IMG/VR virus record: IMGVR_UViG_3300027816_002956
Location: 1 to 62,651 of that record
Source of the DNA: a virus
Lineage: Duplodnaviria > Caudoviricetes
DNA length: 62,651 bases
Direction: 5' to 3' (one strand)
In this document: positions 7,741-18,532 of the stretch, in pieces
Layout: each line of letters begins with the position of its first letter
Position numbering within the stretch: the first letter of the stretch is position 1
The notes under the pieces: generated by a model
The model's input: the letters and a program-made list of their open reading frames with translations, nothing else
Database searches by the model: none
Told to the model about the DNA's origin: nothing
Translations under genes and position numbers: made by a program

Positions 7741-10506
7741 ATGGCTTTTATTAAAGATAGATTAACTTTAAATTTTGATACCAGCAAGTTTGGTAGCGGA
7801 CTGTTTTTAAGTTCTGAATCTCAAAACACTCTAAACAATTCTCCTAGCGGATTAAGTGAATGGCAAAGAAAAGAAATTGCTAATTCAGCAGTAGGTCTAA
7901 CAAATTACTATAAAAATCCTGTACTGTCACAATGTAATAGACTTTTAGCAAACACTACGAATATAAGAAATTTGTGTTTAGGTGATGTTGCTAACAATTA
8001 TCCTTTAGCATCAGCACAAATATTAAGTCTTGCAAACACAGCAAATAATTTAATAATTCAATTAAATGAATTTAAATATCATACTGATAATATTTCTGGT
8101 TTGACAGTAACTATCTCTGATTCTGAAGCTGCCGATACATCTAATATTCCAAACTTTCAAAGTGCAGTAAGTATAGGTGCAGAAGCAACAAGAATTTTAT
8201 ATACAACCGAATCATTTAAAACTACAACTCCAATATTAGGTAACTTTACTAGTATTTTTATTGGTGATGAATTAAATGCAAATAGCAATTCTCTTTACAG
8301 TAGTTATTCTTCTCTAAGTACTTTAGGGGCTTCAATCACAAGTACTCAAGTAAATAGTATTATTTCAAATTTGCAATCTGTAAATACTTTTATATACACT
8401 CGAAGAACATCAGATTGGAATTTTTTCAAAGAAGTAAAATCTGTTGTTAATGACTATTACACAGTTTCAAAATTAAACAATTTAGGTAACACAGAAAATT
8501 ATTTAATAAAAAATTATATTGGTACAGATGCTTTAAAAGCAAACTTAAATAATGCATCTTCAATAGTACCTACAACAAGTGATATTGCTAACTTTTTTGC
8601 AAATACTGAAGCTACTGTAACTCCAGCAACAGTATCAACACAACTTACTTCAGCAATAACTGCGGCAACTGAAGCATCTGATTCTGCTGCGTCTGCTTTT
8701 GATACTGCTAACGCAGCATACAATACAGCAAATATTAGTCTATCAATTGCAACATCAGCAATTAGTATTGCAAATAATGCTTTAGTGAATGCTTTAAATG
8801 CTGTTGATGGTGTTGCACGTTCAAGTGCTTTAGCTGCTTTTGACCAAGCAAATTCGGCCGCATCTTTAGCAAGTTCTGTACCTTCATTAGGCACTATTGC
8901 AACTGATGCTCAAATTTTATCTGCTAGTGCTTTTTCAAAAGCTAATGCGGCATCTTTTCATGCTGATAGTTCTTACATTCACGCCAACGCTGCTTTTAAT
9001 ACTGCTAACAATGCAACCGATACTTGGGTTCGCAATGCCGCCAATGCCGCAAGTTCTTACGCTAATGGTGCTTTTGCGGCTGCTAATGCTGCAAATACAT
9101 TAGCTTTATCTGCATTTAATGCTGCTAATAATTCAATAGATACTTGGGTTCGCAATGCCGCCAATGCCGCAAGTTCTTACGCTAATGGTGCTTTTGCGGC
9201 TGCTAATTCAGCGATAAGTTCTGGTGTTTATGCCAATGCGGCTTTTGCGGCCGCCAATTCTGCAGCTTCTTCGTCAATAGATTCTTACGCACGAAATCAT
9301 TCTAATGCTGCTTTCAATTTAGCCAATACAGCATCAACAAGTACTGATACATACGTTAGAAATCATGCTAATGCAGCTTTTGAGGCTGCAAATACAAAAC
9401 TATCTTTAAATGGTGGTTCAATAACAGGTAATCTAGTAATAACTGGAAATTTAACCGTATCTGGTAATGTAACAACAGTTAGTGCTAATAATCTTGTTGT
9501 TAATGATAATATGATTTATCTTAACAATAATAATACTGTTTCTAATCCTGATTTAGGCTTTGCTGGTAATTATAATGATGGAACTTATAAACATTCTGGA
9601 TTATTTCGTGATGCTACTGATGGAATGTGGAAATTTTTTGACGGTTATACTCCTGAGCCTGATGCATCCCCTTACATTAATACTTCACATGCCAGTTTTC
9701 AACTTGGTACAGTAAATGCTCTTATACAATCTGTTTCTGTTGTATCTAGAGGTATAGATTTATTAGATCATTCAAATGGCGCTTTTAACACAGCAAATAC
9801 ATCTGACCAAAAAGCTACATCATCTGGAAGTTACGCTAACTCATCTTACCTTCATGCTAATTCATCTTATTTTCACGCTAATGCATCTTTTGTTAGAGCA
9901 AATACGGCATCAAATACAGCAACTTCAGCTGGTTCTTATGCTAACGGAGCTTTTGAAACCGCTAACGCAGCTTCTGCTCATGCAACGGGAGCTTTTAGTA
10001 CTGCAAATTCTAGAGTCTCATCTGTTGCAATATCAGGAACAAATATAACGGTATCAGGAAGTCCTATAACTTCATCAGGAACAATAACACTATCTATACC
10101 TCAAGCAATAGATACAACATCATCAGTTCGTTTTTTAAGTTTAGGTATTGGAACAAATGCAAGTGGTACAACAGGAGAAATAAGAGCTACAAATGACATA
10201 ACTGCTTTTTATTCAGATGATAGATTAAAGGTTCGTTTAGGATTAATTGAAAATGCTTTAGATAAATTAAACACTCTATCAGCATTTTATTATGAGCCTA
10301 ATGATGTAGCTCAAAAATTAGGATATGAGAAAAAGAAATATGTTGGTTTATCAGCTCAAGAAGTGCAAAAAATATTGCCAGAAGTTATTAGAGAAGCACC
10401 AATTAGTTCTGAGTATCTAACAATTCAATATCACAATATGATACCTTTATTAGTTGCTGCTATAAAAGAGTTAAAAGAAGAAATTGATAATTTGAAAAGT
10501 AGATAA
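7741..10506 (+). CDS. Tail fibre protein with Ala/Asn heptad stalk and C-terminal intramolecular chaperone (peptidase S74-like)
   Basis: xANxAxx heptads; C-terminus GEIRATNDITAFYSDDRLK...GLSAQEVQKILPEVI...IPLLVAAIKEL. Confidence 0.82.
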   Translation: MAFIKDRLTLNFDTSKFGSGLFLSSESQNTLNNSPSGLSEWQRKEIANSAVGLTNYYKNPVLSQCNRLLANTTNIRNLCLGDVANNYPLASAQILSLANTANNLIIQLNEFKYHTDNISGLTVTISDSEAADTSNIPNFQSAVSIGAEATRILYTTESFKTTTPILGNFTSIFIGDELNANSNSLYSSYSSLSTLGASITSTQVNSIISNLQSVNTFIYTRRTSDWNFFKEVKSVVNDYYTVSKLNNLGNTENYLIKNYIGTDALKANLNNASSIVPTTSDIANFFANTEATVTPATVSTQLTSAITAATEASDSAASAFDTANAAYNTANISLSIATSAISIANNALVNALNAVDGVARSSALAAFDQANSAASLASSVPSLGTIATDAQILSASAFSKANAASFHADSSYIHANAAFNTANNATDTWVRNAANAASSYANGAFAAANAANTLALSAFNAANNSIDTWVRNAANAASSYANGAFAAANSAISSGVYANAAFAAANSAASSSIDSYARNHSNAAFNLANTASTSTDTYVRNHANAAFEAANTKLSLNGGSITGNLVITGNLTVSGNVTTVSANNLVVNDNMIYLNNNNTVSNPDLGFAGNYNDGTYKHSGLFRDATDGMWKFFDGYTPEPDASPYINTSHASFQLGTVNALIQSVSVVSRGIDLLDHSNGAFNTANTSDQKATSSGSYANSSYLHANSSYFHANASFVRANTASNTATSAGSYANGAFETANAASAHATGAFSTANSRVSSVAISGTNITVSGSPITSSGTITLSIPQAIDTTSSVRFLSLGIGTNASGTTGEIRATNDITAFYSDDRLKVRLGLIENALDKLNTLSAFYYEPNDVAQKLGYEKKKYVGLSAQEVQKILPEVIREAPISSEYLTIQYHNMIPLLVAAIKELKEEIDNLKSR
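9019..9207 (+). repeat. Exact 69-bp direct repeat (9019-9087 and 9139-9207, period 120 bp) inside the fibre gene
   Basis: Both copies read gatacttgggttcgcaatgccgccaatgccgcaagttcttacgctaatggtgcttttgcggctgctaat. Confidence 0.92.
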
Positions 10507-11583
10507 ATGCCTTTACAGTCATCTGGCCAAATATCAATGTCGCAGATCAATACTGAGCTTGGTCAATCCTCTTCAGCCCAAATTTCTTTAGGATCAGCTA
10601 CCGTTAGATCACTTTTGGGTGTTTCAAGTGGTGCAATTTCTTTAAGTAATGCATATGGCAAATCATCAAGTTTTTCTGCGCCAGCTGTTACAAGTAGTTT
10701 GACAAATGTGAACTTACGAACTTTACTTTTATCTCAGGGTTGGGATGGCACATCAGCAGTAATATTTACAGTTAACGCTGGAGTTTACATTTATTCAACA
10801 TCAACAGGAACACCAGCTTTAACTATTAGCGGTTCTTGGCCAGGTGGTCTTTCAATAGTTAATAATGGATTTATAATTGGTTGTGGTGGTCAAGGTGCAA
10901 GTTTCAGTTCAATTCCTGCTTCTCATCTTCCTGGAAGTCCTGGAGGAGATGCCATTTCCACAAGTACAAATCTTACAATTACAAACAATGGTTATATTTG
11001 TGGCGGTGGTGGAGGTGGCGGTGGATCTTCATTAGGTACATTAAGTGGAGGGGATGTAATATTCATAGCTGCTCTTGGCGGCGGCGGAGGCGCCGGAGGA
11101 GGTAGTGGTGGAAATACTGTTAGAGGACCCAGCACAGTAACATTTACGGGTGGAGCTGGAGGAGGTATTGGCGCCGCAGGATCAAACGGCCAGGGTGCAA
11201 CTGATTTTCAGAATACTGGTACAGCTGGCGGCGGCGGAGGCCGAGTTCTTCCAGGTAGTGGTGGTGTTTATTCTGCCTACGGCGGCCAAGGCGGTGGAGC
11301 CGGTGGAGCAGGAGGTGACGGAACTAGAATCCTTTCAAACAATTTTGGCGGAGGTTTTCCTGCCGGCAATATGGGATCGGGTGGTGGAGGAGGTTGGGGA
11401 GCTTCTGGAGGTAACGGAGGAAGTGCAACTCCAGCCGGATCAGGAGGAAGTTCTAACAATGCAGGCGGCAGCGGAGCTGGAAATATCACAGGATCAGGTG
11501 GTGCCGGTGGTCGTGCAATAAGACTTAATGGCAATTCTGTTACTTGGACGAATTTTGGTACAACTTGGGGTTCTGTAAGTTAA
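10507..11583 (+). CDS. Glycine-rich receptor-recognition adhesin (T-even gp38-like)
   Basis: Immediately follows an S74-chaperone fibre; NNGFIIGCGGQG, GGDAI, NNGYICGGGGGGGG and many poly-Gly runs; locally GC-rich. Confidence 0.72.
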   Translation: MPLQSSGQISMSQINTELGQSSSAQISLGSATVRSLLGVSSGAISLSNAYGKSSSFSAPAVTSSLTNVNLRTLLLSQGWDGTSAVIFTVNAGVYIYSTSTGTPALTISGSWPGGLSIVNNGFIIGCGGQGASFSSIPASHLPGSPGGDAISTSTNLTITNNGYICGGGGGGGGSSLGTLSGGDVIFIAALGGGGGAGGGSGGNTVRGPSTVTFTGGAGGGIGAAGSNGQGATDFQNTGTAGGGGGRVLPGSGGVYSAYGGQGGGAGGAGGDGTRILSNNFGGGFPAGNMGSGGGGGWGASGGNGGSATPAGSGGSSNNAGGSGAGNITGSGGAGGRAIRLNGNSVTWTNFGTTWGSVS

Positions 11584-11599
11584 ATTTTTGGAGAAAATG

Positions 11600-11854
11600 A
11601 TGAAGTATGGAGTTTTTAATCCTTTAAATGGAGAAACAACTTTACTGGATAGTAAAGAAGAAGCTATGCAACTTTTTTGGATTAGAATGATACAGTTAAC
11701 TTTACCTCATTTTCACAATACTCCTTATATGACAATTATTAAAAATGAAGATGGTTCCGAAACTTGGAAAAATATTAATGACCAAGAAATAGATAAACCT
11801 TTATCATATGAAGAATTGTCAAATTTATATTTGCGGTCAATAAACAACACGTAA
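11600..11854 (+). CDS. Hypothetical protein
   Basis: Short ORF; GGAGA RBS at 11590-11594 favours an ATG start at 11600 (or 11597) over the TTG at 11588. Confidence 0.65.
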   Translation: MKYGVFNPLNGETTLLDSKEEAMQLFWIRMIQLTLPHFHNTPYMTIIKNEDGSETWKNINDQEIDKPLSYEELSNLYLRSINNT

Positions 11855-11879
11855 GTAAATAAAAAGTTTTAAATATAAA

Positions 11880-11887
11880 CATAAATA
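11880..11887 (+). promoter_or_regulatory. T4-type late promoter (CATAAATA) for gp25
   Basis: Lies 4 nt upstream of the gp25 ATG with no SD in between. Confidence 0.7.
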
Positions 11888-11891
11888 ACCG

Positions 11892-12296
11892 ATGGCTACC
11901 GTAACAACAAAAACAACAAGACAATATAAAGACTTAGACTTGTCTTTTAATGTTCATCCTGTTCGTAAAGATATAAACAAACATATTGACGAACAGGCAG
12001 TTATAAATTCATTAAAAAATATAATTTTAACAAATCATTATGAACGACCTTTTGAACCAGATTTTGGATCAAATATCCGATCAATGTTATTTGAAAATTT
12101 AGATTCAATAACAGCAATAACTTTAGAACGAGAGATATTACAGACTATTGAAAATTTTGAGCCTAGGGTAAGTGTGACCAAAGTAACTGCAATACCTGAT
12201 TATGACAATAACGGATATAATATAAAATTAGATTTTTTAGTAATTAACTTAACGAACCCAATAACAATTCAATTCTTTTTACAAAGAGTAAGATAA
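11892..12296 (+). CDS. gp25: Baseplate wedge subunit (T4 gp25)
   Basis: YKDLDLSF, SLKNIILT..YERPFEPDFGS and IENFEPRV motifs. Confidence 0.95.
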   Translation: MATVTTKTTRQYKDLDLSFNVHPVRKDINKHIDEQAVINSLKNIILTNHYERPFEPDFGSNIRSMLFENLDSITAITLEREILQTIENFEPRVSVTKVTAIPDYDNNGYNIKLDFLVINLTNPITIQFFLQRVR

Positions 12297-14368
12297 TGGC
12301 TGATCGCTTAAATGTAACCGAGTTAGATTTTGATACCATCAAATCAAACTTAAAAACTTTTCTAAAACAACAATCAGAATTTTCAGACTACGATTTTGAG
12401 GGAGCCGGTCTTTCGGTATTGTTAGATATTCTGGCGTATAATACCCATTACAATGCATATTATATGAATATGCTGGCAAATGAATCTTTTTTAGACTCCG
12501 CCATTCTCCGAAATTCTGTAGTATCCCATGCGAAAAAATATGGGTACACTCCAAGGTCTACTAGATCTCCAATAGCAAAAATTAATTTTACTGTCAATTC
12601 ACAATCATCAACACCAGGATCTTTAACATTACCTAAAGGTTATATGTTTGTTTCTAATTTGATTGATAGTCGTTCTTATAATTTTATAACATTAGATGAT
12701 GTAACTGTATCAAAAACTGGTAATAATTTTGTTTTCAATAGCGTGTCAATTTATGAAGGCACACTTGTTAATTATAGTTACACCCATAGTCAAGCAACAA
12801 ACCCAAAACAGATTTTTTTAATTCCAGATGAAAATATTGACACTACAACATTAAAAGTTACTGTACGCCAATCTTCTTCTAATTTAAACTCAGTAGTTTA
12901 TAATTTAAATACAGATGCTCTGACGATAGATCCTACATCAACAGTTTATTACTTGCAAGAAGGCCAAAATGGTAAATATGAAATTTATTTTGGTGATGAT
13001 ATTTTAGGTAAAAAAATTCCTGATGGTGGTGTGGTCACTTTAAATTACTTAGTAACAAATGGTAGTCTTTCAAATAAAGCAAATAATTTTATTGCTACTA
13101 CACCAATAGAATCGTTTACTAATTTTACTGTTTCTTCAGTATCATCAGCTTCTGGAGGATCAGAAAAAGAAAGTGTTGATCAAATTAAATTTGCAGCACC
13201 TCTACAATTTACTTCACAGAATCGTGCAGTAACAAAAAATGATTATATCAAATTAATTCAACAAAAATACCCACAATTTGAAGCTGTTACAGTTTGGGGT
13301 GGAGAAGAAAATGAACCACCAGTTTATGGTAAAGTTTTTATCGCAGCAAAACCTCGATTAGGTTTTGAAATAACTGATGCACAAAAAGAATTTGTAAAAG
13401 AAGAAATTATAAAACCAATTAGTGTTTTAACAGTTACACCAGAAATTGTAGATGTTGACTATAATTATTTAAAATTAATATCAAAAGTTTATTATGATCC
13501 AACAAAAACTATTAGTAATGTAAATAATTTAAAAACAAGTATTGAAACAAAAATAACAAATTTTTGTGAAGATAATTTAAATACTTTTAATTCTATTTTT
13601 AGGTCATCTTTACTTAAAACTGAAATTGATAATTTAGATAGTTCAATTATTTCAAATGAAATTGAATTATTTTTAACTAAAAAATTTAGACCTGATTTAA
13701 TAAATTCAAATAGTTATATTTTAGATTATGGAGTAGCTTTAGATAAAGGTACAACTCTTGATAATTTATATTCTAACCCTGAATTCACAATGTTAGATGA
13801 AGATGGAATACAAAGACAATGTTTCTTTGAAGAAGTACCTTCATCATTTACTGGTGTAGAATCTATTACTGTAACAAATCCAGGTATAGAATTTTCTACT
13901 ACACCAACAATAGAAATAGTTGGTGATGGTGAAGGTGCAATAGCTTCAGCAACAATTGTAAATGGAAAACTATCAAAAATAACAGTAATTAATCCAGGCG
14001 TTGGTTATACTACGGCTACTGTTCGCATTACTGGAGGTGGTGGAAAGTTAGCTGCAGCTTCTGCTGTTTTAGAAGGTAGATTTGGACAGTTAAGAATAGT
14101 TTATTACAAACCAGATGAAGTTACAAATGAAAACACAAAAGTAATTTTAAATTCAGGAAGAAATAACGGTGTCATGGGATCGATTGATTATTTTTTAGGT
14201 AAGATTTATATTAACGAATTTAACCCTCTGGCTGTTGCAAATGCTTTTGGAGAAATATCAGTTAACATTCGACCAAAAATAACGGTCATTTCATCTGTTA
14301 GAAATAAAATGTTAGCTTTTGATTCTGAAGATCCTACTAGTATTGTCGTAGAAGTTTATAAAGTATAA
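12296..14368 (+). CDS. gp6: Baseplate wedge subunit (T4 gp6)
   Basis: LDFDTIK.NLK, DYDFEGAGLSVLLDILAYNTHY, ESFLDSA..R.SVVSHAK, YEIYFGD, QNRAVT..DY and WGGEEN.PP.YGKVFI motifs. Confidence 0.95.
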   Translation: MADRLNVTELDFDTIKSNLKTFLKQQSEFSDYDFEGAGLSVLLDILAYNTHYNAYYMNMLANESFLDSAILRNSVVSHAKKYGYTPRSTRSPIAKINFTVNSQSSTPGSLTLPKGYMFVSNLIDSRSYNFITLDDVTVSKTGNNFVFNSVSIYEGTLVNYSYTHSQATNPKQIFLIPDENIDTTTLKVTVRQSSSNLNSVVYNLNTDALTIDPTSTVYYLQEGQNGKYEIYFGDDILGKKIPDGGVVTLNYLVTNGSLSNKANNFIATTPIESFTNFTVSSVSSASGGSEKESVDQIKFAAPLQFTSQNRAVTKNDYIKLIQQKYPQFEAVTVWGGEENEPPVYGKVFIAAKPRLGFEITDAQKEFVKEEIIKPISVLTVTPEIVDVDYNYLKLISKVYYDPTKTISNVNNLKTSIETKITNFCEDNLNTFNSIFRSSLLKTEIDNLDSSIISNEIELFLTKKFRPDLINSNSYILDYGVALDKGTTLDNLYSNPEFTMLDEDGIQRQCFFEEVPSSFTGVESITVTNPGIEFSTTPTIEIVGDGEGAIASATIVNGKLSKITVINPGVGYTTATVRITGGGGKLAAASAVLEGRFGQLRIVYYKPDEVTNENTKVILNSGRNNGVMGSIDYFLGKIYINEFNPLAVANAFGEISVNIRPKITVISSVRNKMLAFDSEDPTSIVVEVYKV

Positions 14369-17175
14369 TGGAACAATTACTCACTTCTACATTAGTTGAA
14401 AAACAACTTCCTGAATTTGTAAGGGAAGAATATCCAAAATTTGTTAATTTTTTGGAAAAGTATTATCAATGGTTACAAACAAATAATCAGATTTTAAAAG
14501 CAGTTCAATCTTTTTCAGATTCTAAAGATATAGATCTTGCTTCTGATTTTTATTTAAATATCATAAAAACAGAATTAACTCCATATTTTCCAGAAGAAAT
14601 ACTTCTTGATAAATCAAAATTATTAAAATTTGTTGGTCAATACTATAGATCAAAAGGTACTCCCGATTCTGTAAAATTTTTATTTAAAATTCTTTATAAT
14701 GAAGATATAGAAATTTATTATCCAAAAGAAGAAATTTTAAAAACTTCTGATGGTAAATGGGTTTTACCTTTAGCCTTACGAGTTGATACTGATGATGAAA
14801 ATATTTTTAATATTGTTGGTACAAAAATTACAGGATCTATATCAAAATCTACGGCAATTGTAGAAAGTGTGACACGATCAATTGATAGACAATTAGGTAT
14901 TGAGTATGTTGAATTGTTTATTTCTAATATTAAAAAGTTATTTCAAACTGGAGAAATAGTTCAAGCAAGTTATTATGATGATGATAATAATAAAATTGAT
15001 GTTAGTGCAAGATTAATTGGTTCTTTATCTGAAATAAAAATTAATCCAGAATTTAGAGGTTTATTTTATACTGCATTTGATCCTGAAACGGGTTATCAAG
15101 GAGATCCAGTCAGTATAGTTGGCGGTTTAAATCCTGTACCGCCTTCAGGATTAACACCAATTGGTGCTATAGCGACCGTTGGTGAAGTTACTAAAGGTTC
15201 TATTATTCAAGTTCAAGTTGTCAATGGTGGATTTGGTTTTAGAGATCCTACAATACAAAATTCTTCTTTAGTAGACTTTGTTGGAGGATTTAAAGATACA
15301 ATTTTAGGACAAGAATCAAGAGCTACAATACAACTTCTTGATCAAAGTACACATAGATTAGTAAATGTAAGTAATGTTGCTATAGAAACAATATATTCTT
15401 TAACTTTAGATGGTGCTGCAAATACAAGTAATATTGAAAATTGTCAAATTAATTTTGTTACAACAACTCAAACACTAAATGTTTTTCCAATTTCATTTGT
15501 TTCAACAGACGGTTCTGGAGGTGGTTATAAATCATTACCTGAATCTTTTTTCTACAGTTTTTACTTAGAAGATAATGATGATCTTTTGGTCATAGATTCT
15601 ACTGTTGCTATTAGAGACACTAGAGTATTAAGTGATTTCGACCAAGATTTAACTCTATCATTTGAAAAAGGTGATTTAATCAGATTGTTTTTAAATAATA
15701 AGTATGAAGAAATTAGAATAATTGAAAGTGTTTCAACAAATTCTATTACACTTGAAGGTTCTAATTTTGAAAATGATATTGTTGGATTAAGTGTATATAA
15801 ACTTTTAAGACGGCCAATAAATGATGTTGGTGCTCTTGGAAGAATAGAAATAACAAATGGCGGAGAAAATTATAACGTTGGTGATTATTTAATTTTTACA
15901 GGTGGTTCAGGATATGGAGCTAATGCACAAATTTCTGAAGTACATTTAGCAAACAATGGTATAAAATCTGTTGTATTTAATGACTCAGGCACACTTATAA
16001 AAGGTGGAGAAGGATACACACAAGATTCTTTACCTTTAATTACCATCAATAGTACAACAGGTGCGAACTCTCAACTATTTGTAAGAGAAATATTAGGTGA
16101 TGGTGTCGATGTTAATTTATTTACAACTCGAATTGGTTCAATAACAAAACTACGCATTATAAGTTACGGTTACGATTATGTAGAGGCACCAACAATTTCG
16201 TTAAGAAACGCTGATCTCGTTGTGTCAAATGTAACAGAAGGCCAGCTTTTCGTTTCGAATACAGTTATTTACCAAGGTGAATCGAGTAGCAATACTACCT
16301 TTAATGCCCGAGTTGAAAGGTATGAGCCATCAAGTGGACTACTAAGAATCTTTAATTACCGTGGTTCTTTAAATATTGCACTACCAATTACATCAAATAC
16401 CATTCCAGTCGTAACTGCTAATGTTTCATCGGTTGTTTATTATGGTGATGGAAAAGCTCGAGCAACTGCAAAATTTGAAAACGGACTTATTCGTTATCCA
16501 GGCATCTATTTAAATACAGATGGGCAACCAAGTTCAGACAAGAAACTACAGGATGATGAGAAATACCATAATTATTCATACTTAATAAAAACAGAGAACG
16601 ATTATAGTAAGTTCAAAAAATCTCTTAATGAAATTGTTCATCCATTAGGAACTAAAACTTTAGTTACTCGCATAAATTCAAATGTAGAAGATGTTACAGA
16701 TCCAGAAATTACTTCAATTCATTTGTCCAGAAAAACAATGGCTAACACCTTTAATGTAGTTTCTGGATCAAATAATATGGTTGCAACTGGTTCTACTCCT
16801 GATTTAGCAAATGTGGTAAACATTGGTGACATGGTAATTTTGACCAATCTTTATAAAGCAACTAACGGTACTATCAATGTAACACCTTCATCAAATGTGG
16901 TTACTGGTAATAATACTACATTTATTAATGATCTTCAAGATGGAGATACAATTTATATTAGTACAGGCAATACTGGATTAGTATCATCTATTTCCAACAC
17001 AACATCATTGGTTTTTGGTAACACTATAAATGTTACTGCAACTGGTCAAACAATCAATTTGATTTTCGATTCAGTCAAAACTGTCACTTTCGTTAATGCA
17101 AATACCATTATTGTTTCTGGAACATTCGAAGTTACTTCTAATTTAGTTACTACAATTCTTCAAAAAATCGAATAA
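14368..17175 (+). CDS. gp7: Baseplate wedge protein (gp7-like)
   Basis: QLPEFVREEYPKF..FLEKYY, YRSKGT..S..FLFKILY and LQDD..YHNYSY...IVHPLG motifs; lies between gp6 and gp8. Confidence 0.78.
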   Translation: MEQLLTSTLVEKQLPEFVREEYPKFVNFLEKYYQWLQTNNQILKAVQSFSDSKDIDLASDFYLNIIKTELTPYFPEEILLDKSKLLKFVGQYYRSKGTPDSVKFLFKILYNEDIEIYYPKEEILKTSDGKWVLPLALRVDTDDENIFNIVGTKITGSISKSTAIVESVTRSIDRQLGIEYVELFISNIKKLFQTGEIVQASYYDDDNNKIDVSARLIGSLSEIKINPEFRGLFYTAFDPETGYQGDPVSIVGGLNPVPPSGLTPIGAIATVGEVTKGSIIQVQVVNGGFGFRDPTIQNSSLVDFVGGFKDTILGQESRATIQLLDQSTHRLVNVSNVAIETIYSLTLDGAANTSNIENCQINFVTTTQTLNVFPISFVSTDGSGGGYKSLPESFFYSFYLEDNDDLLVIDSTVAIRDTRVLSDFDQDLTLSFEKGDLIRLFLNNKYEEIRIIESVSTNSITLEGSNFENDIVGLSVYKLLRRPINDVGALGRIEITNGGENYNVGDYLIFTGGSGYGANAQISEVHLANNGIKSVVFNDSGTLIKGGEGYTQDSLPLITINSTTGANSQLFVREILGDGVDVNLFTTRIGSITKLRIISYGYDYVEAPTISLRNADLVVSNVTEGQLFVSNTVIYQGESSSNTTFNARVERYEPSSGLLRIFNYRGSLNIALPITSNTIPVVTANVSSVVYYGDGKARATAKFENGLIRYPGIYLNTDGQPSSDKKLQDDEKYHNYSYLIKTENDYSKFKKSLNEIVHPLGTKTLVTRINSNVEDVTDPEITSIHLSRKTMANTFNVVSGSNNMVATGSTPDLANVVNIGDMVILTNLYKATNGTINVTPSSNVVTGNNTTFINDLQDGDTIYISTGNTGLVSSISNTTSLVFGNTINVTATGQTINLIFDSVKTVTFVNANTIIVSGTFEVTSNLVTTILQKIE

Positions 17176-17178
17176 ATA
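17171..17178 (+). promoter_or_regulatory. T4-type late promoter (AATAAATA) for gp8
   Basis: Lies 5 nt upstream of the gp8 ATG and overlaps the gp7 stop codon. Confidence 0.6.
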
Positions 17179-17183
17179 GACCC

Positions 17184-18524
17184 ATGGCTTCCTTACTCAC
17201 CTATCAATTTTCAACACTTTTAGCGGAAAGTATATACAATTTACTTGATGTAAGTGCTAATTCTTACCTACCTTTAAACAGAAGATCTTATGTTTTCGTC
17301 ACTTTAGGTAAAGAAACACCGTGGAATGCTGGAACAGAAGTTGCTCCTACTCCAGGCCAATCGATACAGAATCTTAATTCTTATTATGATAGAGCTATGG
17401 TTGCTAAGAGAGTAAGTCAAGAAAATGCATCATTCGTAGTACCAAGAGTAAATTGGACTGCAAACACATTATATACATTTGCTGCTTGTGGAGTATGCCC
17501 AGCAGGAACACCATTTTATGTTTTAAATTCAAAAGATCAAGTTTTTAAATGTCTTTGGAACAACGGCGGTACAAATTCTAATACTGAGCCGCAACTTTCA
17601 TTGTCATCCACATCTTTAGAAGAACCATTTTTTAAAACACCTGATGGTTATAAATGGAAGTATCTTTTCACATTAACCTCACAACAAAAACAAAAATTTT
17701 TAACACAAGATTTTATGCCTGTTAGTTTTAACAGGTTCGTTCGAGCTGCAGCCGTGAACAGGAGTATTGATATAGTAAGAGTTACTAATCAAGGGAATAA
17801 TTATGTAGACGGTACAGTACAAGATATTATCACAGTAAGTGGTGATGGAACAGATGCCGTTTTAAAAGCTAATGTGGCAAATGGTAAAATAATTGATATA
17901 GTTGTTCAAAATAGAGGTTCTGATTATACAAAAGCTAATCTAAGTTTTTCTGACGTTGCTGGTGGTATTGGTACGGCCGCAGCTGCTGAAGTGGTATTAT
18001 CACCACAAAATGGCCATGGATTTGATCCAATTGAAGAATTATATGCAAATACAATAATGTTTAATGTTGATTTTGATGGATCAGAGAATGGTGTTTTTCC
18101 AACAGACAATGAATATCGTGAAGTTACTCTATTAAAAAATCCTTATGAATTTGCAACTACTGAATTGGCTGGAGATTCTTTGTACACCATGTATACAAAA
18201 ATTAAAGTTTCTCCAGGTGTAGGAGATTTTAATAATGATGAGATAGTTTTTCAAGGAGTTAGTTTAGCCACTTCAACATTTAGTGCTGATGTTATTTCTT
18301 TTGATGAATTACAGAATTTATTGTATGTAAACAATATAAGAGGATCTTTATCAACAAACCAACCGATCAAAGGTCAAACAAGTGGTGCTATTCGAGTAGC
18401 TATAAATAAAACGGATCCAACATTAGAATTATACACAGGCAAAATTTTATATGTTTCAAATCAAACACCTGTTACAAGAGATGATGACCAGTTAGACAGA
18501 ATAAGATTTACATTAAAGTTTTAG
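17184..18524 (+). CDS. gp8: Baseplate wedge subunit (T4 gp8)
   Basis: VVPRVNW, FYVLNS...VFKCLWN, DGYKWKYLF, GHGFDP..EL and TGKILYV.N..PVTR motifs. Confidence 0.9.
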   Translation: MASLLTYQFSTLLAESIYNLLDVSANSYLPLNRRSYVFVTLGKETPWNAGTEVAPTPGQSIQNLNSYYDRAMVAKRVSQENASFVVPRVNWTANTLYTFAACGVCPAGTPFYVLNSKDQVFKCLWNNGGTNSNTEPQLSLSSTSLEEPFFKTPDGYKWKYLFTLTSQQKQKFLTQDFMPVSFNRFVRAAAVNRSIDIVRVTNQGNNYVDGTVQDIITVSGDGTDAVLKANVANGKIIDIVVQNRGSDYTKANLSFSDVAGGIGTAAAAEVVLSPQNGHGFDPIEELYANTIMFNVDFDGSENGVFPTDNEYREVTLLKNPYEFATTELAGDSLYTMYTKIKVSPGVGDFNNDEIVFQGVSLATSTFSADVISFDELQNLLYVNNIRGSLSTNQPIKGQTSGAIRVAINKTDPTLELYTGKILYVSNQTPVTRDDDQLDRIRFTLKF

Positions 18525-18532
18525 AGGAATAA

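Noticed and set aside
17484-17500. CGVC motif in gp8 as a metal or redox site
   Set aside because: It is a single CxxC in a variable loop with no second pair; the evidence is insufficient.
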